Below, one piece after another: positions 49,784 to 62,994 of a DNA stretch of 64,000 nt. The notes under the pieces were generated by a model, which saw only the letters and a program-made list of their open reading frames with translations, was not told where the DNA came from and did not search any database. The DNA is from Gemmatimonadales bacterium (lineage in GTDB: Bacteria > Gemmatimonadota > Gemmatimonadetes > Gemmatimonadales > GWC2-71-9). The stretch spans positions 1-64,000 of the forward strand of contig JBFGJG010000008.1 of assembly GCA_041577295.1 (NCBI GenBank), in the 5' to 3' direction. The position numbers and the translations under genes were made by a program. Each line of letters begins with the position of its first letter. Position 1 is the first letter of the stretch.

Positions 49784-49960
49784 GCTGCATCGTTCCTGAT
49801 GGCGGCGGTCCACGCCCAACCTCGTCAGCCCTCCCCCAGCGAGGGTTCCCGTGAGGCAAAGGGGGGCATACTCCCGGATCGGCATCGAGTCACCTTTGGG
49901 TCGCTACAGAGCGCCGCCGTTGGGGGGCAGCGTCTTGTGGCCTGACCAAAGAGGGTTGCG
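49784..49960 (+). ncRNA. Candidate structured cis-regulatory RNA leader (family unknown)
   Basis: 13-bp closing stem 49795-49807/49912-49924 enclosing several internal hairpins, directly upstream of the ATG at 49961. Confidence 0.4.
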
Positions 49961-50625
49961 ATGCCGAAGGACAAAGACTTCAAGCGCCTCGTGCGCAGCC
50001 GCATGCAGAAGACGGGCGAGTCGTACACCACCGCCCGAGCCCAACTCCTCGAAAAGAAGAATCCCGTCCCGGCCATCTACCTGGAGCTCACCGGCATGAG
50101 CGACACTGCCGTGCGTGCCAAGACCGGCAAGACGTGGAAGGAGTGGGTGCGGACGCTCGACGCCGTGGACGCGACCGCGAAGTCGCATTCCGCTATCGCC
50201 GATTGGATCTATGAGAACCACGACGTCTCCGGATGGTGGGCCCAGATGGTGACGGTGGGATACGAACGAATTCGTGGGCTGCGCGATGTCGGTCAGCGAC
50301 GAGGTGGCAGCTACGAAGCGTCGAAGAGCAAGACGGTGGCCGCTCCCCCTCGCCCAGCTGTTTCGGGCATGGAGTGACAAGCGCACTCGAGAAGCGGTGG
50401 CTCCCGGTCAAAGACCTCACCGTCCGCAAAGCCACCGAGAATAAATCGGTGCGGATCACGTGGAGCGACGGATCCTCCGTCGAGTGCTGGTTCACCGCCA
50501 AGGACTCCGGAAAGAGTCAGGTAGCCGTGCAGCACCGGAAGCTGGCGAGCAAGGAGGCTGCCGCCGAGATGAAGGAGTTTTGGGGCGAGCGGTTGGCGGC
50601 GCTGAAAGAGCAGTTAGAGAAATAG
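49961..50625 (+). pseudogene. KTGESY N-domain, DUF4287-like and SRPBCC-like protein with two +1 frameshifts
   Basis: Extra base in CCCCC (50345-50349) and another near 50391. Correcting both gives KTVAAP-LAQLFRAWSDKRTR-KRWLPVKDLTVRK...QHRKL...EFWGERL. Confidence 0.7.
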
Positions 50626-50717
50626 GACAGAAGTAGACTCTCACATTGGATCTAGCTCTCATGACCCATCGGGCTCTTCTCGCTTCCCGTTTCTCCTTCC
50701 CCTGTCCCCGGGCCAGT

Positions 50718-51266
50718 ATGGTCTTGCTTATCGCACTGGTCGTCTCATGGACGAGCGTCGCATTCAGCCCTGTCGCGTTGTTCGCGCAGAGTGAGCGACT
50801 GGTGATCCTCGTGCGTCACGCGGAGGCAGCCGGTGAGCCGCGCAACGACCCAGCGCTCACGGAACGCGGGATCGCCCGCGCGGATGCCCTGGCGCGGGCG
50901 CTCGACCGCACGCAAATCGGTGCGGCGATCGTGAGCTCGCTGGCGAGAACACGACTCACCGCCGAAGCGGTCACCGGGCCGCGGGGCCTGACGCCGACGG
51001 TGGCCGATGTCTCCGGTGGGCTCGAGGAGCACGTGCAGGCAGTCACCGATGCCGTGCGAGCGCAGCCACGGGGAGAGACAGTGCTTGTCGTTGGACACAG
51101 CAACACCGTCCCCATGATCATCGCGGCGCTCGGCGGCCCCCAGCTACCGGATCTCTGTCACTGGCAGTTTTCCCGTCTGTTCGTGCTCGAGATGCGCGAG
51201 GACGGCCCAGCGAATCTCGTCGTGGGATCGTACGGCGAGGAGGATGAGGAAGGAGGAGAATGCTAG
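50718..51266 (+). CDS. Secreted histidine phosphatase family (SixA/PGM-like) protein
   Basis: ILVRHAE, LTERG..RA, RTRLTA, VVGHSNT; alternative start at 50661. Confidence 0.85.
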   Translation: MVLLIALVVSWTSVAFSPVALFAQSERLVILVRHAEAAGEPRNDPALTERGIARADALARALDRTQIGAAIVSSLARTRLTAEAVTGPRGLTPTVADVSGGLEEHVQAVTDAVRAQPRGETVLVVGHSNTVPMIIAALGGPQLPDLCHWQFSRLFVLEMREDGPANLVVGSYGEEDEEGGEC

Positions 51267-51296
51267 ATAGGTCAGGCCGTTTGAACGATGGACCTT

Positions 51297-52502
51297 TCAA
51301 CCTTCCGTCTTTCCAACCACCGCCGCCACCGTCATGTCCGCGGTCACGTTCGCCGTCGTAATAAACATGTCTGGGATCAAATCGAGCGCGATCAGCAGTC
51401 CGATCCCTTCAACGGGTAGCTGGAACGCCATGTAGATGGGGGTCATGATGAACAACCCGCCGCTCGGAACCCCCGGCGAGTAAAAGCTCAGTAGCGCGAT
51501 GGCGCCGGAGATGGCGGCGATCTCGAAAATGCTGAGATCGATACCGTAGAGCTGCGCGACGAACAGCGTCCCCGTAATCCGGGCGACGGGCGACGCGTAC
51601 TTGAAGACCGACACCGCCACAGGTAGCGCCACACCTGTGACCTGCGGGGGCAGAGCCAATTCGCGTTCGGCAGCATCGAGCATGGCCGGAAGCGACGCGA
51701 GCGACGAGCGCGTGCTGAAGCCCACCGCCTGCGCCGGGGCACACGCCCGCACGAATTTGCTCAGCGGGATTCCACCCACGAATACGGCAATCGGATAGAG
51801 GGCAATCAGCGAAACCATCACTAACACGCACGCGACCAGCAGGAAGTGCCCCACCGCACCGACGAGGTCTATGCCTGTGCGCGCGGCGAGCGGAAGCACG
51901 AGACAGAACACGCCGATTGGTGCGACCGCGAGAATCCACTTCACAATGACGAACATCGCATGCGCCATCGCATCGAAGAAACCCACGAGTGGCTCCCGAC
52001 GACTCGGTTCGAGCCGTGTCACCGCGAGCGCCACGATGGCGGTGAACACAATGAGGGGCAGCATGGCACCCTCGGCGGCAGCCCGCACCGGGTTCGCAGG
52101 AATGAAATCCACGATCCAGTCGCGGAACGGTGGTAGCTGCACTTGCCCACCCGTCGAGCCCAGTGGAGCGATGGCCGAGGTATCGAACTGCGCAAGTGCA
52201 AGGAGTGGTGGAGCGACCACTGCCGCGAGTATTGCCCCCGCCAGCACCAGGCCGACGAACCACACGAGGGCGCGACCACCGATCTTCCCAACCGTACGGG
52301 CATTGCTCGACGCCACTCCCGTGATCAACAGCGACACGACCAGCGGGATCACTGTCATGCGGATGGCGTTCACCCATAGGGTGCCAAGCGGTTCGGCCAC
52401 CGCTACGACACCGAGCAACGCCGGATGCTCGACCAGCGAGATGCCTACGCCAAAGGCAAGGCCGGCGAGCAAGCCGATGAGGACCCACGCCGTGAGGGAC
52501 AT
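51297..52502 (-). CDS. Dicarboxylate/amino acid:cation symporter (DAACS)
   Basis: IRMTVIPLV, IPANP, FSTRSSLASLP, PGVPSGG, DMFITTANVTAD. Confidence 0.92.
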   Translation of the reverse strand: MSLTAWVLIGLLAGLAFGVGISLVEHPALLGVVAVAEPLGTLWVNAIRMTVIPLVVSLLITGVASSNARTVGKIGGRALVWFVGLVLAGAILAAVVAPPLLALAQFDTSAIAPLGSTGGQVQLPPFRDWIVDFIPANPVRAAAEGAMLPLIVFTAIVALAVTRLEPSRREPLVGFFDAMAHAMFVIVKWILAVAPIGVFCLVLPLAARTGIDLVGAVGHFLLVACVLVMVSLIALYPIAVFVGGIPLSKFVRACAPAQAVGFSTRSSLASLPAMLDAAERELALPPQVTGVALPVAVSVFKYASPVARITGTLFVAQLYGIDLSIFEIAAISGAIALLSFYSPGVPSGGLFIMTPIYMAFQLPVEGIGLLIALDLIPDMFITTANVTADMTVAAVVGKTEG

Positions 52503-52553
52503 ATGGAGGGTGGAACGTACGATTGAAACGTCGGATACGCGATCCGGTCGCTC

Positions 52554-55505
52554 CTATCCGCCCGCGATCAACCGCTCAAAGCGCGGATGACCTTTGAGAA
52601 ACGCGTAGGTGGGATCGATCCGGAGCCAGCCCGGCGACACGAAGTACGGCACCGCCAATAACACCTCGAGTTGATCGAGTGTCTTTTCCTTGTCTCCCAA
52701 AATGGCGTACACCCGGGCCAGTTCATAACGGTTGTATGGGCCGGAGTAGGCGTCCTTCTCGATCGGAAGCAGCTCAACGGACCGTTCGCCCGCGCGAATC
52801 GCCTCGCCGCGCCGGCCAGCGTACGCCAGCGCGACGCTGTTGAGGGCGAGGAGGTAGTTGTCGTCCGGAAGGTCCCTCAGCTGCTCCTCGTAGACGTACT
52901 GCGCTGAGTCCCCGTAGGCGCGGGCGCGAGTGGTGTCACCGCGAAGCCAGTGGGTCGCGGCGAGGGCGAGAGCCCAGGCACCACGATCGTCGTCGAATGC
53001 TCCCGGTGCCAATCGAAGGAGCAGGCGCTGCTGCTCGTCGTCGAGCAACCAAAACGTATCCCATGCGCTCGCCACATGCGATACGAGTCGGGTGGGTTCG
53101 ATGTCTCGCGGCGCCCCACGGAGCACGGTGCGCCCCGCATTGAGATCGCCCTGCGCCAAGTATATCATCGCCTTGGTGTGTAGCATTGACACACTCGTCG
53201 GTGCAATTGCCAGTGCCTGGTCGACCGCCCTCAACGCTTCTTGATACCGGCGTAGCCAGAGCAATGCGTTGCCAAGGGCACCGTGTGCATTGCTCGAACG
53301 AGGATCGAGCGTTTGCGCGCGTCGTAACAATCCAATCGCCGAATCCCACCGACCCAGATTCCGTTCCGTATGGGCGCTCCCAACCAGCAGGTCGATGTGA
53401 TTGGGCGCGACGCGAAGACCCTCCTCGTAGTACCCCCGCGCTCGCGAGTGGTCGAACAGGACATCCAGGTGGTAGCTGGCGAGAGCCAGGTAGCTCTCTG
53501 GCGCGCCAGGCGCGAGCGCGCGGGCGCGTTCGGCCGCCCGTCGCGCCGCCTCGGCCGCCTCGCGCGTCGGCGTCGTGAAGTACAAAACCGTGTGCACTTG
53601 CGATAGCCGGGCCCAGGCGAGCGAAAACGTGGAGTCGAGCGCGACGGCCTGCTCGTAATGGTTAATTGCGCGGCGAAGGTCTGTCTGACCCGAAGACTGG
53701 CGTGCCTCCTCACCCTTCAGGTAGGCATCGTATGCCGCGAGGTTGTCCGTGGGCCGTGCCGTCAATGCGCGCCGCTCGGTTGCGCCAAGGGCAACGTTGA
53801 GCGCACCGACCACGCGGAGCGCAATGTCCGCCTGCACTTGGAACACATCCGTGAGCGACGCGTCGAACGCCTGATGCCACGTTGCCGATCCGGTCCGTAC
53901 GTCGATCAACTCCGGCACCACCTGTACCCGCCGCGTTCCATCCCCGGTTGTCACGGTACTCACCGTCGCGCTCAGCAGATAATTGACGCCGAGCTCCCGG
54001 CCGATCTGTGTCAGCGGCTTGCTGACCCCACGGTACTGGTCCGAACTGGCCCTCGCTGTGACCTGAAAGCCTGCGAGGGCGGTGAGCTTGCCGCGCACAT
54101 GGTCCGCGATACCGTCTGCGAAATACGCGTCGTCCGGCGCGCCTCGATTCTCAAACGGCAGGACCGCGAGGCGCACCACCTCACCTGCCACGCCCGGCTC
54201 GGTGGATGAGGGCCCTCGTACGGCCAACACAGTGGCCACCGACGCCCAGAACGCCAGCGCCACTACCCCACCCCCGATGGCGTTCCGCCAGGTGAACAAC
54301 CGCTTGAGCCCGCGTACTTCCCGTCCCGCCAGCCGCCGCGCCTCCACGCGCCGCGTCACCAACATGATGGGCGCCCCAATCGCGGCCAACCCGACAGCCA
54401 GCACAAAGACCCATGGTGGCAATCCCACCTGCTGCATCACGCCGTACAGCACCGCCAACACTCCCGCTGCCGCCACCCCAAACACCGCCGCCACCCGCGA
54501 GGCCCCAGGACCTACTACCGCCGCCGTCGTCGCCCCACTGCGCACCACATTCAATGCGCCATCCAACGCCGCTGCTAGCTCCGCCGCCGTCTGATAGCGA
54601 TCAGCCGGGCTCTTCGCCAACGCCCTCGCCACGACCCGCTCTACCGCTTCCGCCAACCCCGCCCGCGACACCCGCAACGGACGAACATCCTCCGTCAAGC
54701 TCCGCGCCAGGATCGCCTGCGGGGTCGGCCCGGTGAACGGTGGCTCCCCAGCGAGCATCTCATACAACACCCCACCCACTGCGTACACATCCGCCCGCGC
54801 ATCCACTTCCCGCGCGCCTGAGGCCTGCTCAGGGCTCATGTACTGCGGCGTTCCCACGGCCAGCCCCGTCTGTGTCAGCACCTTGGATCCGCCAACAGCT
54901 CGGGCAATGCCGAAGTCCATTACGAGCGCATGCCCCGCACTCAGCAGGACGTTGCCGGGTTTGATGTCACGATGGATGATCCCGCGCTCGTGTGCGTACG
55001 CCAACGCCTCGGCGATCTCGCGTGCCAACCGCACTGCCTCTTCCACCGGCAGCTGGTGGTCCCGGCCCAACCGCTCACGGAGTGATTCACCATCGACGTG
55101 CGGCATCACATAGAACAACACCCCCGCCTCTTCCCCTGAGTCGTGGACCGGCAGGATGTGCGGATGGCTCAACTGCGCCGCGATGTCGATCTCGCGGAGA
55201 AACCGCTCTGCCCCCACCGTGGCCGCGAGATCCGGCCGCATCACCTTGACCGCCACCCGCCGGTGATGCTTCACATCCTCTGCCAAGTACACCGTCGCCA
55301 TCCCCCCCTCCCCCAACACCCGCTCGATGCGATACCGCGCCGCCAGTGCCTCACTTACTCGGGCCACTTCAACAACCCCGGTCGCCGCGGTGCGCGGCGG
55401 TGCTTCCGGATCTGATGGCGTCGCCACACCGCAGTGCATACAAAAATGCGCCTGGTCTGGCAGCGGCGTCTGGCATGCCGGACAGGCGCGGGCGGCAGTG
55501 GTCAT
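52554..55505 (-). CDS. Ser/Thr protein kinase: zinc ribbon, kinase, 3 TM, TolB-N-like, TPR (copy 1)
   Basis: CPAC/CMHC, LGEGGMATVY, VAVK, HRDIKPGN, DFGIARA, GTPQYMSPEQ, LAVLPFEN, TPRs. Confidence 0.95.
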   Translation of the reverse strand: MTTAARACPACQTPLPDQAHFCMHCGVATPSDPEAPPRTAATGVVEVARVSEALAARYRIERVLGEGGMATVYLAEDVKHHRRVAVKVMRPDLAATVGAERFLREIDIAAQLSHPHILPVHDSGEEAGVLFYVMPHVDGESLRERLGRDHQLPVEEAVRLAREIAEALAYAHERGIIHRDIKPGNVLLSAGHALVMDFGIARAVGGSKVLTQTGLAVGTPQYMSPEQASGAREVDARADVYAVGGVLYEMLAGEPPFTGPTPQAILARSLTEDVRPLRVSRAGLAEAVERVVARALAKSPADRYQTAAELAAALDGALNVVRSGATTAAVVGPGASRVAAVFGVAAAGVLAVLYGVMQQVGLPPWVFVLAVGLAAIGAPIMLVTRRVEARRLAGREVRGLKRLFTWRNAIGGGVVALAFWASVATVLAVRGPSSTEPGVAGEVVRLAVLPFENRGAPDDAYFADGIADHVRGKLTALAGFQVTARASSDQYRGVSKPLTQIGRELGVNYLLSATVSTVTTGDGTRRVQVVPELIDVRTGSATWHQAFDASLTDVFQVQADIALRVVGALNVALGATERRALTARPTDNLAAYDAYLKGEEARQSSGQTDLRRAINHYEQAVALDSTFSLAWARLSQVHTVLYFTTPTREAAEAARRAAERARALAPGAPESYLALASYHLDVLFDHSRARGYYEEGLRVAPNHIDLLVGSAHTERNLGRWDSAIGLLRRAQTLDPRSSNAHGALGNALLWLRRYQEALRAVDQALAIAPTSVSMLHTKAMIYLAQGDLNAGRTVLRGAPRDIEPTRLVSHVASAWDTFWLLDDEQQRLLLRLAPGAFDDDRGAWALALAATHWLRGDTTRARAYGDSAQYVYEEQLRDLPDDNYLLALNSVALAYAGRRGEAIRAGERSVELLPIEKDAYSGPYNRYELARVYAILGDKEKTLDQLEVLLAVPYFVSPGWLRIDPTYAFLKGHPRFERLIAGG

Positions 55506-55616
55506 ACCACCTCGACTACCTGAAAGGGAAACAGCTACATCAGGGTGGGGCTGGCAGAAATCTCCTGCGCTCCAAGTTCCGGCGCAAGATCCTGCGGGCG
55601 ACGTCGTGGGCTCGGC

Positions 55617-58565
<2,949 letters not shown>

Positions 58566-58637
58566 GGAGCCTCGAGATGTGAGGGGAGTGGCGGTGTGCC
58601 TTAAGTATCGGCCTGACCGGGGCCAGTGGCAAGGACG

Positions 58638-58735
58638 ATGGAAGGACTGAAAGTTAGAAGGATGGAAAGAGTGAAGGACTGTAGGAAGATTCCTCCAGTC
58701 CTTCCAACCTTCCCGCTCTTCCAACTTTCCATCCT
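58638..58735. repeat. Degenerate short GGAAG/CTTCC tandem repeats arranged as an imperfect inverted repeat
   Basis: GGAAGGACTGAAAGTTAGAAGGATGGAAAG... followed by ...CTTCCAACCTTCCCGCTCTTCCAACTTTCCATCCTT. Confidence 0.6.
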
Positions 58736-61155
58736 TATTCGTATTTCAACGCGATGACCGGATCTACCCTCGTTGCGCGTTGCGCCGGAATGAACGAAGC
58801 AAGCAGCCCGGTAACCGACAGCACGACGATGATCAGGAGGAATGTTAGTGGATCCAGCGGCTCGACACCAAACAGCAATACGCCCATTCCGCGGGAGAGG
58901 AAGATCGCAAGGGCAAGACCGAGCACCAATCCAACGCCCAACTGCACGACCCCCTGACGCACGATCAGACGCAACACATCCGGTCCCTGTGCACCAAGCG
59001 CCATGCGCACACCCATTTCCTTGGTGCGCTGCTCGACCGAGAAGGCCATGACGCCGTACAGCCCCACCGACGCGAGGAAAAGCGCCACGCCACCAAAGAT
59101 CACGAAGATCGTGCCAAAGACTCTAATGAACCATGAGCCCTGGCGAATGGACTCGGTAAGCGTGTCGATGAAGTAGATCGGCATATTGTCATCGATCGAC
59201 GCCACGATGTCACGGACCTCAGGCGTGATAGCCAGGGGGTCTCCCGTGGCGTGAACGGCGATACCCACCCATTCGTCGGCGTTCTGATGAAACGGGACGT
59301 AAATGCCGGCGGGCTCCTCATTTTCCGGTCCGTCGAGATACATGTCGGGCGCCACACCGACGATCGTGAGCCACGGTCGTTCCGAGCGCGAGTCCCCCAA
59401 ACGAATCCGGCGCCCGAGCGCGCTTTCACCTGGAAAGTATGTCTCGACGAAGCTCTGGTTCGCGATCGCGACCGGTAATGCATCGGCGTTGTCCTGGCGC
59501 GTGAACTCCCGACCCTCCCGCAGCGTCACTGCAAACGTGCTGAAGTAACCGGGCGTCACCGGCACCCACCGGGTCTCCGGATAGTCCTGATCTCGATCGT
59601 ACGTCGCACCCTCCACCGCAAAGCGGGACCCCAAGCTCCCAAGCCCCGGGAACGTGCGCGCGAGGGTGACGTTCCCGGCGCCGTATCGTGACTCCAATCG
59701 CGGTTGCAGCTCGTCATAGAACTGAGTTTGGCTCAGGGAGTCTGGATAGTCCGCAACCGGAAGTCCGAGCCGCGCGGTGAAAATGCTCTCCGTGCGAAAC
59801 CCGAAGTCGATGTTGCCCGCGTTGACGACGCTCTTGATCATGAGGCCAGCGGAGACCAACAGGCCAAACGACAAAGCAAGCTCCACGACCACGAGGCCCT
59901 TGCTCAGTTTGCCAATGCGTAAGCTCGAGGAGCCACGGCTTTCGTCCTTCAGCACATCGTGCACGTTGGCGCCGGACGCCTTGAGCGCGGGAACGATCCC
60001 CGCGACAACGCTCGACACGACCACCAGACCGAGCACAAACACCACCGCGGCGAAGTCGATCTTGATGTCGATCCAGAACGGCGGATCCTGATCGACAATG
60101 GCCCAGTTGAACAGCTCGACCCCCACCCAACCGAGCCCCAGGCCCAGGATGCCACCCACTATTGCAATCGCAAACGATTCGGCAAGAAGTCCCATCACCA
60201 CTCGGCCACGGCTCGCACCCAGCGCCGTGCGGATCGCAACCTCCTTCGTTCGCACCGCGGCGCGAGACAGCAGCAGGTTGGCCACGTTGGCACACGCGAT
60301 GAGCAGCACGAGGAACACGGCGAGCAACATGAAGTGGAGGACCTGCTCGGGCTCCTCACCCATGAACTCCTTGGTGTACGGCTTGATGATCACACCGATG
60401 CCCTCATTGGTCTCGGGATACTCGAGTCCGAGCCGCTGCGCAATCGCGTTGAACTCTGCGTGCGCCTGCTCGATGGTGACGTTGTCGCGAATCCTGCCGA
60501 ACACCTCTAGCGTGATCCCCTCCCCTCGCTCGATCTCTAACGGGTTCAAGCGAAGAGGGGTCCACAGGTGGTTGTCGATCGGGAACTCGAACCCTTCTGG
60601 CATGACGCCAACGACGGTCATCGTCTCGCCGTTCAACCGGACGGTGCGGCCGATCACGTCCTTGGCCCCGCCGTACCGATCGCGCCACACGTTATACCCG
60701 AGCAAGATCACGGGCTCTGCGCTGGGACTGTCCTCACCCTGCTGAAAGCCGCGCCCCAGCAAGGGCTGGACACCGAGGATATTCAGAAAGTTTGCGCTGA
60801 TGAACGTGCCGGTGTACCGCTCCGGCCTGTCTTCCGAGCCAGCGAGATAGGACGACCGCATGTAAAAAGCGGCGATGTCCTCAAACGACTTCTGCTGCGC
60901 TCGCCAGTCCAAAAAGTCGTGGATGGACACTTCCATCGACTCGATGCCCTCAGACAGGTTGCTGCGTTCGAGGTGCAACAGCTCTCGGGGCTCTTCGAAC
61001 GGCAAGCCACGGTACAGCGCGCCGTAGACGATGCTGAACATCGTGGTGGTGAGCCCGATCCCCAGGGTGAACGCGAGGACCGAGATCAGCGCTATCCCCG
61101 GGTTCTTGATGAGCATCCGCCCGCCGTACCGAATGTCTTTGAGGAGCTTTTCCAT
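58735..61155 (-). CDS. ABC transporter permease, ADOP type
   Basis: DIRYGGRML, LGIGLTTTMFSIV, LLIACANVANL, EMGVRMALGA, RATRVDP. Confidence 0.94.
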   Translation of the reverse strand: MEKLLKDIRYGGRMLIKNPGIALISVLAFTLGIGLTTTMFSIVYGALYRGLPFEEPRELLHLERSNLSEGIESMEVSIHDFLDWRAQQKSFEDIAAFYMRSSYLAGSEDRPERYTGTFISANFLNILGVQPLLGRGFQQGEDSPSAEPVILLGYNVWRDRYGGAKDVIGRTVRLNGETMTVVGVMPEGFEFPIDNHLWTPLRLNPLEIERGEGITLEVFGRIRDNVTIEQAHAEFNAIAQRLGLEYPETNEGIGVIIKPYTKEFMGEEPEQVLHFMLLAVFLVLLIACANVANLLLSRAAVRTKEVAIRTALGASRGRVVMGLLAESFAIAIVGGILGLGLGWVGVELFNWAIVDQDPPFWIDIKIDFAAVVFVLGLVVVSSVVAGIVPALKASGANVHDVLKDESRGSSSLRIGKLSKGLVVVELALSFGLLVSAGLMIKSVVNAGNIDFGFRTESIFTARLGLPVADYPDSLSQTQFYDELQPRLESRYGAGNVTLARTFPGLGSLGSRFAVEGATYDRDQDYPETRWVPVTPGYFSTFAVTLREGREFTRQDNADALPVAIANQSFVETYFPGESALGRRIRLGDSRSERPWLTIVGVAPDMYLDGPENEEPAGIYVPFHQNADEWVGIAVHATGDPLAITPEVRDIVASIDDNMPIYFIDTLTESIRQGSWFIRVFGTIFVIFGGVALFLASVGLYGVMAFSVEQRTKEMGVRMALGAQGPDVLRLIVRQGVVQLGVGLVLGLALAIFLSRGMGVLLFGVEPLDPLTFLLIIVVLSVTGLLASFIPAQRATRVDPVIALKYE

Positions 61156-61339
61156 AGAGCCGCAGTCGCCAAGGTTGGGGTGCCGGCCAGCACAAGGCTC
61201 AGAGGACGCCCAGAGCCGGGGGTGCAAGCTACCGGGATACTACGAGATCCTGAAAGGGGAGGTTTCATCATGGGGGCGGACAGACGGACTCGCGGACGGG
61301 CGAAAGGAATCAATCCGACAGACCTTCAATCGGTCCGTC

Positions 61340-62788
61340 CTACCATCCTTCCGGCTCGCTCCTGACCGCCTCTACCGTCCGCCTCGGCTCAATCTCCACC
61401 GTGATCTCCTTCCACTTGCCCTGACGGAAGCGGAGGACGCTCAGCGTGCACCGTGTGAAGTGACCCAGCAAGATGGCTAACCAGATGTCGACGGGATTGA
61501 GACCCCGGGTTGCCTGGAGCACGGCGCACATGCCGAGTGGCACGACGATCTGGGAGATGACGGAGATGTAGAAAGGTCCCTTGGTGTCGCCGGTTCCCTG
61601 AAGACCACCGGTGTAGACCAAGGCCACGCTGATGAACAAACCGGAAATGCTCAAGAACGCGAGTAGCTGCTTCCCGATGTCAACCACCACCGGGTCTTCC
61701 ATCCCAAACAGCCCGAGCAGTTGACGGGGCAGAATCAAGAACAGCAGCCCGACGAACACGGCTACCCCTATTCCGATGCGAGTGGCAGCTGCAACGGCGC
61801 CTTCGCTCCGCTCGGGCCTACGGGCGCCGAGGTTCTGTCCGGCGACGGCGGCGGTGGCAGACATGAGCCCAACCGAGGTCCACGTAATAAAGGAAAAGAG
61901 TTCGGTGTACCCCACCGCGTACGCGGCCTGCGCTTCGGCGCTGCGGTCGAGTGAGCCAACGAAGCGGAGCAGGAGTACACCGGCGACGTTCATCGCCACC
62001 CCCTGGTATCCCGTTGGCAATCCAAACCGAAACAGTGCGCGAATGATTCCAAAATCGGGTCGCCAGCTCATCGTGCGGTGCCACACGACCACGAGCTTGT
62101 CGGTGAACAGCAAGTAGATGGCGATGAGCGACACGATCGCGCCCGCGATAACCGTACCGAGGGCCGCCCCCGCGGTCCCAAATGCCGGGATCGGCCCCAG
62201 GCCGCGGATCAAGATGACGTTGAGGATGATGTTGAGGACGGTGAGGAGGATCGAAAGACGCAGTGGTGTTCGGGCGTCCCCCGCCGATCGCAGTGCGCCA
62301 CCAAGCAGGAAAAACATCAACATGCCAAAGCTGGCGACGAACATGATACGGAGATATGGCAGAGCCTCCGCCTGCACTTCCGGCGTGGCGTTGACCAGGT
62401 CGAGCAGTGAAGGCGAGAGCACCCATCCGATCGGTGCCATAATGCCGAGCGAGAGTCCAAGCGAGGCGAGAAACGCCTGATATACGGTCCGATTGACCTT
62501 GTCGCTGTCGTCCGCACCGGCGAAACGGGCCACGAGCACACCCATCCCGGTGTACAGCGACATAATGAACACGATAACGACGAGGAAGATCTGCCAGGCG
62601 ACACCGATCGCGGCATTCCCAGTGAAGCCCACGTAGTGACCGACCATGGCGTGATCGACGATCCCCTGCGCACCGCCTATCACGTTTTGCAACATGGTGG
62701 GCCAGGCAAGCTTCCATACTGCCCGGGGGATCGGGCCCTCGACGATCGAGCGATCGAAGGATTTGGCTGGTCGGGGGGGCCCGGACAT
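61340..62788 (-). CDS. MATE family efflux transporter
   Basis: About 12 TM; KLAWP, DHAMVG, RSAGDARTPL, GQNLGA, GTGDT. Confidence 0.93.
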   Translation of the reverse strand: MSGPPRPAKSFDRSIVEGPIPRAVWKLAWPTMLQNVIGGAQGIVDHAMVGHYVGFTGNAAIGVAWQIFLVVIVFIMSLYTGMGVLVARFAGADDSDKVNRTVYQAFLASLGLSLGIMAPIGWVLSPSLLDLVNATPEVQAEALPYLRIMFVASFGMLMFFLLGGALRSAGDARTPLRLSILLTVLNIILNVILIRGLGPIPAFGTAGAALGTVIAGAIVSLIAIYLLFTDKLVVVWHRTMSWRPDFGIIRALFRFGLPTGYQGVAMNVAGVLLLRFVGSLDRSAEAQAAYAVGYTELFSFITWTSVGLMSATAAVAGQNLGARRPERSEGAVAAATRIGIGVAVFVGLLFLILPRQLLGLFGMEDPVVVDIGKQLLAFLSISGLFISVALVYTGGLQGTGDTKGPFYISVISQIVVPLGMCAVLQATRGLNPVDIWLAILLGHFTRCTLSVLRFRQGKWKEITVEIEPRRTVEAVRSEPEGW

Positions 62789-62840
62789 GCCCGTGGAGGA
62801 TCGCCAGGCCTGGCGATTTCAGCAAGGCGGCGAGGGGACA

Positions 62841-62968
62841 AGCAGGGAGCTGGTGTGACGGGCGGGTCCCGGGGCGGGCGTCAGTGAGCGGTCGTCCGGC
62901 TCAGATGCCAACGTGCCGAGCGAACTTTAGCCCGTGAAGGGACGTGCCCGTCACACCAGCTCCCTGCT
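62841..62968. repeat. 128-bp element with perfect 23-bp terminal inverted repeats (MITE/REP-like)
   Basis: AGCAGGGAGCTGGTGTGACGGGC (62841-62863) and its exact reverse complement (62946-62968), followed by GCTTACT heptamers. Confidence 0.8.
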
Positions 62969-62994
62969 GCTTACTGCTTACTGCTCACCGCTTC

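Noticed and set aside
58566..58724. N-terminal extension of kinase copy 2 (and similar extensions at 28463-28543 and 49611-49859)
   Set aside because: These translate intergenic repeat or leader DNA; paralog alignment, family N-termini or RBS position support the shorter starts.
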